A DNA stretch of 62,877 bases, filler included, from Octopus bimaculoides (Eukaryota), in the NCBI RefSeq assembly GCF_001194135.2. It is 9 parts of 8 records of this genome, joined end to end, with 100 filler letters (N's around TTAATTAATTAA, not from the genome) between each part and the next. Parts side by side here need not be neighbours in the genome. Positions count along the whole stretch, not along the records: positions 9,528 to 31,736 come from NC_068990.1; 8 more parts are not named here. One strand, written 5' to 3'. Shown piece after piece: positions 11,196 through 21,951 of the stretch. Below the pieces are notes generated by a model. That model was not told the origin of the DNA. It did not search any database and saw only the letters and a program-made list of their open reading frames with translations. Both the position numbers and the translations under genes were made by a program. The stretch's first letter is position 1. Every line of letters begins with the position of its first letter.

Positions 11196-12424
11196 CTTTT
11201 TTTTTTTTTTTTAGTTGTAGTGCATCTGAGTACTGTATGCAACAATTTCCTTCATTATATTATATATACATGCTCACAATTTGTAAAATAATACTTCAGT
11301 TATTTCTGGTTATGTGGAGACACAAACAGTCTCATACAGTTATGTGCATGCTTGGGCACACAAACAAAGTCTCATACAATTAGGCACACACACAATCTCA
11401 TACAGTTATGTGTACACACACAAACATACTAAAAACACACAGTCTCATACAGTTACACACATGCACATACACACACACAATCAGCATCATATTTTTCATT
11501 TATTTATTTTTATTATTGGAATGCTAACGTTGAAGGAGGAGGAGGGTATACTGAGTGGCTAAAGCAGACTGACTTTGTCAGTCTCATATGGGAGAAAAAG
11601 GAGGGTGTATCCAGTGATTAAAACGAACTGTTGTGTTAGTCCCACAAAACTGATTTTATTTATATAAATTGGAGTTGGATGTCAGATGATGTGAAGTGTT
11701 TTACTGAGGCAGAAGCCACATGAATGATATTGTGTCATACTCTTTATCTAATATTGCCCATGGATGATACCTGTCATACTCTTTATATCTAATATTGCTC
11801 AAGAAATGCTGGCAGCTTTGCTTATGTTTTTGATTTCTAAATATTCTTTGTTATACTTTTAGAGTGTATTGACAGACCAAGTCACTCTAATGTTGCAGTT
11901 GACTCTTGAGTGTTTTTATATGCTACACAGTTTGATGATGTGTGTTGCTGGTGGAGGTATCACCTTGGTGATAATGTTTTCCTCTAGGCACATGCCATCT
12001 GGAAAACACCATAGTACTTTCATAGCAAATTTGGAAATCAAAAACTTCCATAATTGCATGGGCAGTGTTGGATAAGGCACAGAACTTAATAACATATCAA
12101 ATTCAGCTATCATTCTACTTTAACCTTAAATAAAAGAAGAATAAATTAAGTTCAACTTGTTAATAATACATGCTTAACTTCTCCATTTAAAATTTCAAAG
12201 AAGACCTCCATTTTTCTGCCTGACATAACTGCTTCAAATTATAAATTACTTTATAGCTTTAAGATACACTGACATGTCTATACAGTCAACAAAGAGAGTG
12301 AATCCCTACCATCTTCCAGCGATAGGACCACCAGACCATATGGTTTCAAGCTGGAAGATGATAGAGGTTTGTTGGAAGATGGTAGGGGTTTGCTCTTCTG
12401 CTTGCAATGTATATTGGGTGCAGA

Positions 12425-12645
12425 AGGCAGTGAGATGGCAGAAACGTTAGCACGCCGGGTGAAATGCTCGAATGGTATTTTATCTGTCATTAGGTTCTGA
12501 GTTCAAACTCTGCCAAGGTTGACTTTGCTTTCATCCTTTTGGGGTTGATAACTTAAGCACCAGTTGCATACTGGGGTCGGTCTAATCAACTGGTCCCCTC
12601 CCCATCAAAACATTTCGGGCCTTGTGCCTAGAGTAGAAAAGAATA
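12425..12645 (+). mobile_element. Full-length tRNA-derived SINE family 4 with 15-bp target-site duplication
   Basis: Head aggcagtgagatggcagaaacgttagc..gagttcaaactc and tail gggccttgtgcctagagtagaaaagaat. TATATTGGGTGCAGA lies at 12410-12424 and 12646-12660. Confidence 0.85.
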
Positions 12646-14649
12646 TATATTGGGTGCAGATTACATTAAATAACCAGCTGGAGGAGGTTATTGCCATGTT
12701 GAAGTGGCAATAAACATTACTTCTCAATATAGTTACTATTTTCATTTCTTATAGAAATTTTCTAACTAGCTAATTTGCTTGTTTTATATACATGTATGCA
12801 TACATAGACACACAATGTGCATAATTTAAGCACCAGAAACATTAAAATAAGCTTAAAATTTTATCAATAATATTAAAGAGAATTTTTTAATATTTGTGTA
12901 TACCAGGAAGATGGGTAAAGTATTGACAAATTAATCAAATAAATGTTATCAACGGATGAGAAGTACGCAGTTAAAAACAATAAAATTAAAATAAATTGAA
13001 AGTACTGAGTAAAATTAGGCAAGATATCATTTATAAGCAATAAGCTAATTCATTTTTCAGAGGTTTTCAACATACATTTAATGAAGGTACCATAACTAAT
13101 GAACAATCTTCCTGAAATAAAACTTTTAATATGAAAAATTAAATTATTTTCTGCAAATATTACAGGAAGGTAATGAAATTCATTTCAATGGCAATAGCAT
13201 TTTAATATTTTATTAATATCTAAATTTAAAGAATTCTTTATTATATTAACAAAGATTCAAGTGTTACTTTCAATCAGAAATGTAAAGAGTTGTCAATAAA
13301 AGATTTAAATCCCTTCGTTATTGCAGATATAAATAGTGTGTTGTTCAATAATAAATTCCTAATCAAAGGTCTAATCTCAGTGGATAACAAAGAGGATTAA
13401 GGATTTCTATGCACAAAATATTCATATTCATTAGTAAGCAAATAAAGCAACAGTTAAATCATGCTGGATAAGAATTTAATCCTTTCAAACTTAAATACTT
13501 TCAAATCTCCTACATGATTTCATTGGTGGAGTTGACTGAGCCAAGAGAGATATTCTGTTCATAATTAGTTTGGTACCTCAATTTTCTGAGATTAAATATA
13601 GCTATGTTGCAGAGTTGATAAAAATAAAATTCAATATGTGAGATCAGTGCAATTAACTACACAATTATCCATGCAAATATTTGTCTTATTTCCTAGCAAA
13701 AAGAAATATTCATGTAACTAAGGAAATAAAATAATACCATTTATTTTCCTTAGATACGATATTCAGTTATTGAAACTTAAAGTCTTAAACATACACTCTG
13801 TTGTAAATGATAGAGTGAAATATCTCTTAACATTCTTGTCATCTAGAATTATGGCTCATTCAACAATAGGTTTTGAAGATATTGGACAAATAGATAAGAA
13901 ATGACTTGAAAGAAATGTCTTTTGGCCTGAAATGATGATATTCAATACGTTGATGATGATGATGATCATAACAACGACGATGGCATCTTTATACTGAGAC
14001 GCTTCAGCTCTGTTTGAATTCTAGAAAACTATATTACTCTAAAAGATATTACTCTAAGTTCACAAAACAAAACTTAGAATCCATGAAAAAATATTTTTAG
14101 CTTCTTTCTGAGAGAGGGGAAAGAGGGAGAGAGAACGTGAGAGAGAGAGAGAGAGAAAGAGTGAGAGTGACAGATTTATATAATTAATGGGGATGATTTT
14201 CAGAATGTTCTACACACTGCTTCCTCTTGACTGTTTCCGACTGCTGCTGGGCAAATCTTGAAACATTTCCTAATACTACATTAAAATATGGGTAAAAAAA
14301 ATATTGCTAAGGAGCTGGAAATTAGCAAAACCATACAGATTGTTTTTTCTTCTTCTTAAGTATTAGGGCATTTCATTATTGGCAATCAATGTGAGCAAAA
14401 TATTTTCAACTGTCAAATGTAGAGGATGCACTTTTACAAAATGGGTTAATGATGCTACAAACAAAATAGATTTAATACAGTTGAATATTTTGGAGATGTT
14501 GGAGGACACTGAGAAGAAAGAATTATGATAGACAATTTAAGTTTGCAAAATGTTAAGATGTTGACAGCGTTTATGTTGAGTATATAGAAACATGTGTATG
14601 CACATGTTTAGAAACGTTTATTTATTGTTTTAATTTGAATGTCTAGTTT

Positions 14650-14830
14650 TTCCTGCTTGAATGGGTCAGACTGAATTTGTTGAAGCAGATTTTCTACAAC
14701 TGGATGTTCTTCCTGTCACCAACTCTCACCTGTTTCAGAGTAAGGAAATATTTACCCGTGGCAGAATATATTTTCATGGGCAATTTGGAAATGAGGATAT
14801 CACTTGTATGATAGTGACACTCATATATAA
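14650..14830 (-). mobile_element. Degenerate SINE/LINE-tail fragment related to the RTE-type tail
   Basis: Contains gattttctacaactggatgttcttcctgtcaccaac, homologous to the conserved segment of the 9213 and 31505 copies. Confidence 0.5.
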
Positions 14831-15081
14831 GGCAAGGGGACACAGACTAACATACACATAGACGCAAATATGCAAATATATACATATATGATAAACTTCC
14901 TTAGATTTCTGTTTTATAAATTAACTCACAAGGTCTCGAGCCATAAAATAAGATATTTGCCCCAAAACTGCATGCAGCAGGACTTAATCTCAAACCATAT
15001 GATTAGAGGGAAAACTTTTCAAACTATACTGTCATATGTATGCATGTATTTATGTATGTACATATGTATGTATGTTTGTGT

Positions 15082-15112
<31 letters not shown>

Positions 15113-15220
15113 CATATATATGTATGCATGCATGTATGTATGTAGGCATGTATGTGTGTATGTTTTATGTATTTATGTATGTATATATGCATGTATGTAT
15201 GCATGTAGGCATGTATGTTC

Positions 15221-15251
<31 letters not shown>

Positions 15252-15331
15252 TGTATGTTTGCATGTATGAATGTTCGTATCTCTCTCTTCCTCTTTCTAT
15301 ATCTGTGTGTGTATATATATATATATATATA

Positions 15332-15633
15332 TGAAGGCATGTGGCTTAGTGGTAAACTATATTTGGTTCACAATTATAAGGTCATGAGTTCAATTCTCAG
15401 CGACATGTTGTGTCCTTGAGCAAGACACTTTATTTCATGTTGCTCCAGTCTACTCAGTTGGCAAAAATGAGTTGTATCTGTATTTCAAAGGCCAGCCTTG
15501 TCACACTTTGTGTCATGCTGAATCTCCCTGAGAACTATGGAGTGTTCAGCCACATGCATGTTAATTTCATGAGCAGGCTGTTCCATTGATCAGATCAACT
15601 GGAATCCTCAACATCATAAGTGATGGAGTACCA
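15332..15633 (+). mobile_element. CpG-decayed SINE sharing the family 3 3' module
   Basis: Head ggcatgtggcttagtggt..gagttcaattc, CORE-like ccttgagcaagacactt, 3' module cagccttgtcacac..ccctgagaacta..gcaggctgttccattgatcagatc. Confidence 0.75.
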
Positions 15634-15827
15634 TTTCTATATATATAGATAGAGAGAAAGAGAGCCTCCATGTGATAGGCTTGAAAAATTGTTAAGATAT
15701 TAATATATTTTTCTTAACACGAAACCAATGATAGCCTTAATACACAAATAAAGAAATTTTATCCACCAATGTGGTGTTGAGCACTCATTCTCTTTGTCTG
15801 ACATTTACGTATATATGTGTATGAACG

Positions 15828-15865
<38 letters not shown>

Positions 15866-15946
15866 TCTGTATGTTTGTTTGTGTATATTTATATAAATAT
15901 ATATGTATATGCATATGTACATATATATATATATATGCATACATAT

Positions 15947-15977
<31 letters not shown>

Positions 15978-16008
15978 GGCATGCATACATACATATATAT
16001 ACGCATAC

Positions 16009-16042
<34 letters not shown>

Positions 16043-16205
16043 TGGCTGTGTGGTAAGTAGCTTGCTTACCAACCACATGGTTCCGGGTTCATTCCCACTG
16101 CGTGGCACCTTGGGCAAGTGTCTTCTGCTATAGCCTCGGGCCGACCAAAGCCTTGTGAGTGGATTTGGTAGACGGAAACTGAAAGAGGCCCGTCGTATAT
16201 ATATG

Positions 16206-16240
<35 letters not shown>

Positions 16241-16556
16241 TTGTCCCCCCAACATTGCTTGACAACCGATGGTGGTGTGTTTATGTCCCCATAACTTAGC
16301 GGTTCGGCCAAAAAGAGATCGATAGAATAAGTACTAGNNNNNNNNNNNNNNNNNNNNNNNNNNNNNNNNNNNNNNNNNNNNNNNNNNNNNNNNNNNNNNN
16401 NNNNNNNNNNNNNNNNNNNNNNNNNNNNNNNNNNNNNNNNNNNNNNNNNNNNNNNNNNNNNNNNNNNNNNNNNNNNNNNNNNNNATTTGCTCGACTAAAG
16501 GCGGTGCTCCAGCATGGCCGCAGTCAAATGACTGAAACAAGTAAAAGAGTAAAAGA

Positions 16557-16560
<4 letters not shown>
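16043..16560 (+). mobile_element. Young SINE family 1 copy spanning a gap
   Basis: ggctgtgtggtaagtagcttgcttacc..ggttccgggttcattcc, internal (TA)(TG) tract and 3' module ending aagtaaaagagtaaaagag; CpGs are intact. Confidence 0.9.
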
Positions 16561-16601
<41 letters not shown>

Positions 16602-16640
16602 CACATATACATACATACATACATACATAGATGTATACAC

Positions 16641-16834
16641 GTGCCAGTGGCACGTAAAAGCACCCACTACACTCTCGGAGTGGTTGGCGTTAGGAAAGGC
16701 ATCCAGCTGTAGAAACTCTGCCAAATCAGATTGGAGCCTGGTGTAGCCATCTGGTTCACCAGTCCTCAGTCAAATCGTCCAACCCATGCTAGCATGGAAA
16801 GTGGACGTTAAACGATGATGATGATGATGATGAT
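16641..16834 (+). mobile_element. RTE-type 3' tail element
   Basis: gcacgtaaaagcacccactacactctcggagtggttggcgttaggaaaggcatccagctgtag..ggacgttaaacgatgatgatg. Confidence 0.9.
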
Positions 16835-17884
16835 ACACACACAGATATATATATATATACTTTCATGTTACATGGTAATGATAAATGAGCTATGGATTTG
16901 TGGTAACTAGAAAACAAAATTGAAGCAAACATTTTCAGCTGAATATGTAATGTTAGTGTATTTAAATGTTTTGTTTCTACGCCATATTTGTTGGCATAAA
17001 AGATACACAGGCATCTAGCAGCAGTGCACATTCAGGGAAAAAGTTTTTAGTGCAGTAAAGATCATGGGAAGCCCAGCTTTGCACAAAGGATCCAGTACGA
17101 CTCTTTTGAGACATTTCTTTCGGGAAGCATGTATTTTATATGCCATAAAACAAAGTATCATCATCATCCATCGTTTAATGTCTGCCTTCCATGCTGGCAT
17201 GGGCGTTACCAAGTATATATATATATATNNNNNNNNNNNNNNNNNNNNNNNNNNNNNNNNNNNNNNNNNNNNNNNNNNNNNNNNNNNNNNNNNNNNNNNN
17301 NNNNNNNNNNNNNNNNNNNNNNNNNNNNNNNNNNNNNNNNNNNNNNNNNNNNNNNNNNNNNNNNNNNNNNNNNNNNNNNNNNNNNNNNNNNNNNNNNNNN
17401 NNNNNNNNNNNNNNNNNNNNNNNNNNNNNNNNNNNNNNNNNNNNNNNNNNNNNNNNNNNNNNNNNNNNNNNNNNNNNNNNNNNNNNNNNNNNNNNNNNNN
17501 NNNNNNNNNNNNNNNNNNNNNNNNNNNNNNNNNNNNNNNNNNNNNNNNNNNNNNNNNNNNNNNNNNNNNNNNNNNNNNNNNNNNNNNNNNNNNNNNNNNN
17601 NNNNNNNNNNNNNNNNNNNNNNNNNNNNNNNNNNNNNNNNNNNNNNNNNNNNNNNNNNNNNNNNNNNNNNNNNNNNNNNNNNNNNNNNNNNNNNNNNNNN
17701 NNNNNNNNNNNNNNNNNNNNNNNNNNNNNNNNNNNNNNNNNNNNNNNNNNNNNNNNNNNNNNNNNNNNNNNNNNNNNNNNNNNNNNNNNNNNNNNNNNNN
17801 NNNNNNNNNNNNNNNNNNNNNNNNNNNNNNNNNNNNNNNNNNNNNNNNNNNNNNNNNNNNNNNAAGGGGAGACAAGTGTTTTTA

Positions 17885-18271
17885 GTTAGAGTTATGAACT
17901 CTTTTTTTCAAACAGGAAGTTTGTGTCTGTTCATAGAGAAATAAGGTCACTGAGGGGTGTGTGTGTTAAGAAATGGTTGGAATTTCTCTATGAAAAGATT
18001 CTCCTTGTTGATTCTTTCTTGTGTGGAGATTCTGTCTTTACATTGATAGAAAGGGAATATAATGAATTTAGGGTTTTTGTTTCTGGCACAAGAGTCTATG
18101 TGGCCACTGAGGGAGGTTTATTTGTTCCTTATGGATAGCTACTCTTCTACGTAATGGGAGGCTCGTCTGTACGATATAGAAGTTTTGGCAACCTGCGCAA
18201 ATAAGGACATAAATGAGGTTACTTGAGGAACAAGAGAAATTGGTTTTAATTTTAAACTTTGTTCCTCGTTT
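17885..18271 (-). mobile_element. Penelope-like element 3' fragment (GIY-YIG endonuclease)
   Basis: TNFSCSSSNLIYVLICAGCQNFYIVQTSLPLRRRVAIH, then after a frameshift HIDSCARNKNPKFIIFPFYQC..RINKENLFIEKFQPFLN, stop at 17947. Typical PLE GIY-YIG with the CCHH-type residues. Confidence 0.85.
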
Positions 18272-18639
18272 CAAACGAGGAACAAAGTTTCCAAAATTTC
18301 GGGCCTTGTGCCTAGAGTAGAAAAGATTAAGTGCAATGACTAGAAAGTGAAACTTGATTGATGAACCTACACAATTACATATTGTAGATATGCATATTCT
18401 ATACATATAGAAAGGTAACACCTTTCTTTCAACATGGATGACTAATTATGTACACTATTTACATTATCAGGAATGGTGTCATCATCTTGATTGTCACTTT
18501 CACCACGTTTAGGCTATTGTATACTCCAGCCTCAAGTGTACAACAGCCAAAATGTAGTAGAAGCAACAATCAAGATAAGGGCACCAGTCTGACTAATGTA
18601 AACCATGTGTTGCTGATATTTGTTCCTTCTCAAGCCATG

Positions 18640-18920
18640 CTTGGCTCATAAGGGCCAGCTTCCCTGTTTCATTAGCACACAGGTTCCCCACCCAGACGGG
18701 ACACCAGTCCGTCACAGGTGAGGTGCTAGATGCAGGAGGAAAGAGTGAGAAAAAGTTGGGGTGAAAGAGTCAGCAGAAGTTCATCATTGCTTTCTACTGG
18801 AGCCGAGTGAAGCTTAGGTGTTTCACTCATAAACACACACATTGCCTGGTCTGAGATTTGAACCCACAATCTCTCAATTGTGAGTCCACTGCTCCAACCA
18901 CTAGGCCATGTGCCTCCACT
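18640..18920 (-). mobile_element. tRNA-derived SINE with a family 3-like head
   Basis: Minus strand gtggaggcacatggcctagtggttggagcagtggactc..gggttcaaatc, same head as the 8582 copy but a different 3' part. Confidence 0.7.
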
Positions 18921-19411
18921 AATGTAAACAGTGTACATACTATAAATTCTTCATCTCTGAAATATAGAGTTGTACAGATGACTAAGTTTCTATTGAAACA
19001 GCTTTAGAAGAAATTTTTCATGTTTAATTTAAAGCAATATAGTTCCTAATTTCATTAGCATTTCAAGATTTTCTCAGTTTCATCTTGTATGAACCATGGA
19101 ACCAAAATGCTCTATGATCATTTCATTTAGAAGAAGTAGCCAAATAGGTCTTCAAATGTTAATGGACTTGAGAATGGTCTACCAAACCAAAAAGTAAAGG
19201 ACTACAAATGCAATCATATTTTCAATACCATTTATACTTGTGTGTATATACATTGGCAAGGAATTTGGAATAACAACGGTGTTATATATCATGTCTCTTG
19301 ATACCAACGAAAATAGAAATATTTTATCAGAAAGCATTCTGGTAATACCTCCAGTTCATACATACATACATACATACATACATACATACATACATACATA
19401 CATACATACAA

Positions 19412-19444
<33 letters not shown>

Positions 19445-19486
19445 CATACATACATACAAACATATATACGTACATACATACATATA

Positions 19487-19699
19487 CGAGGGGGTGATGA
19501 AAAGTACCTGGCTTTAAGGGTATCATGAAAGGTCTGGTTGGATGCCCAACCTTCTGAGTTCTTTTGCAGGGCTTACAAAAACTGAAGGACCATTGCAATA
19601 AGTGTGTGAATTTGAGAGGGGAATATTTTGAACAAAATCATAATTAAGTGATCCTCTATTTTCTTTTACACAAACCCAGAACTTTTCATCAACCCCTCA
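19487..19699 (+). mobile_element. Mariner-derived MITE (~213 bp)
   Basis: TIRs cgagggggtgatgaaaagt / acttttcatcaacccctca with TA on both sides; internal GLQKLKDHCNKCVNLRGEYFEQ is a mariner transposase C-terminus. Confidence 0.85.
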
Positions 19700-19814
19700 T
19701 ATATATGCATATATATATATATATATGTATATGTGCATGCACACACACACACACACACACACATGTGCACACACACACACACACATGTGCACACACACAC
19801 ATACATGCACACAC

Positions 19815-20150
19815 ACATTCATCTCACCGTGCCACATCTAGAGCAAGTGCCTACTACTATAGCCTCAAGCCAACCAATGCCTTATGAGTGAATTTGGTTG
19901 ATAGAAACTGTGTGGTAGTTAGTCACGTGTATGTGTGTCTTTGTTTCCATGTTTGTCCCACCACCACTCACATCACCTGACAACTGGTGTTGGTTTGTTT
20001 ATGTAACTTAGTAGTTTGGCAAAAGAGACCAATACTATAAGTACCAGACTTACATTAATACTGAGGTCAATTTGTTCAACTAGTCCCTTCAAGACAGTGC
20101 CCCAGTATGACCACAATTCAATGCCTGAAACAAGTAAAAGATAAAAGATA
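19815..20150 (+). mobile_element. Old, CpG-decayed SINE family 1 copy
   Basis: gcaagtgcctactactatagcctcaagccaaccaatgccttatgagtg..gacaactggtgttgg..gaaacaagtaaaagataaaaga; CpGs of younger copies appear as TpG/CpA. Confidence 0.75.
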
Positions 20151-20627
20151 CATTTTTGTGTTGTATCTCTATAGGGTTGAATTCATTATCAATAACACAC
20201 TGGGTATTGTTAATGTGTCCTTGGTTACAATAAAACTAATTTTCTGATTAATAAATAAAATTACCTGAATAGCATGAATATTTTAAAAGAAAAAAATGTA
20301 TATAATGGGCTACTGTAAATATCAATTACAAATTTTAACACAAAAGTGCCAACAGTCAATAAAGCTGTGGAAGAGGTTATGATTAATTATCTTGATTAAT
20401 TATATATTCGTTAGTTTTATAACTAATTCAAAAGCTCTAGAACACATATCAGTGTTTATTATGCTAATACAAAATATACTAATGGCCTTTCCTTGGCAAT
20501 CACAACACATGAGCTAATATAAAGGAAAACCACTCATCAAAAATTCTATTGTGCAATTCATTCTTGATGTAGTATATACAGATATTTCTTCATAAAATAA
20601 TTACATACATATACACATACTCTTATA

Positions 20628-20784
20628 CAGGCGTGGCTGTGTGGTAAGATGCTTACTTCCTAACCACATGGTTCTGGATTCAGTCCCACTGCATGGCACC
20701 TTGGCCAAGTGGTTTTTACTATAGCCTCAGGCCAACCAAAGCCTTGTGAGTGGATTTGGTAGATAGAAACTGAAAGAAACCAGT

Positions 20785-20830
<46 letters not shown>
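20628..20830 (+). mobile_element. 5' half of SINE family 1 ending in its internal (TA)n
   Basis: ggcgtggctgtgtggtaagatgc..cagtcccactgcatggcaccttgg..gaaactgaaagaaacc then (TA)n; no 3' half follows. Confidence 0.8.
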
Positions 20831-20831
<1 letters not shown>

Positions 20832-21139
20832 AATATAAATTGAACATGGGCGACCGATGTATTCTTTCTTGTCTCAAGGTTCACGGCCCAACGGCTGGGT
20901 GGATTCGCATGAAAAATGGCACACATGTGGAAACTGGTGCATAGATTGGAATGCACTTTGTATGTTTCCCTGGGCCCCATAGTTACCGAGAAAAGCGATT
21001 AAAACAACCTCCATGCGTGCGTGTATCACTGAAGCCATTCATACATACATACATAATTATTCTCTCTCTCACTCGGTTTTTCTCTGTCAATCACTCACAC
21101 ATTCACTCACTACAAAAACTGAATGGAAAATTTCAGTTA

Positions 21140-21184
<45 letters not shown>

Positions 21185-21951
21185 CTATCTCTCATATACA
21201 CACACACCACCAACATTACTCTCTCTGTCTCGCACACCCCATCAAACATACGCACGCACATCAATTCTTCTGTCTCAAGCAAATTTCAAAAGAAGTTGTC
21301 ATAAAACTGTCCATGTTTTTTTCATTTGATGCCCAATTCAAAAGATCCCCTTTCCCCAAAACACATATTCAAAAAATATTTTCACATGTCCGGCCATTGA
21401 TCGAGAGATAAAACACAAACTACCTCCTGCTGGCTGCAAAACTCAGGTCAAATTAGCTGCAAAACACACGCACACATACACGTCCATTTCATATGTCTTT
21501 CACTTTCCCTATGATTATACACACGCCCAATACAATAGCTCTCACATACATTTTCGTCTTCAACAGGTATGTATCTATTCTATAATATAAATTGTTTTTG
21601 TATAAGTGTATAACAATTATTTCATACTTCTTCACTTAACTTTTATCTTCACTTTTCTTAAATTGGATACGTCTGCTATTAATTCTTACATACAATTTCC
21701 CCGTTAATTCTTACAGCTTCATTTTCTGTTAAAGCAATTCTTAATGTCGACTTCTTAATGCTTCTTCTATTTTTTCCTAGCCCCCATAGATACCGAGAAC
21801 AGCGATTAAAACTTTTCTAATGTAATTCTCCTTTGTTCTGCCATTAGCACAACCAGCTGCTCACAAAACTTAGTTTCTCATTCAAACTACGTAATACGCA
21901 GAATCGTCGCATTAATACAGTAGGGAGATTTGAGAGAGATTTGGCTGCCAT

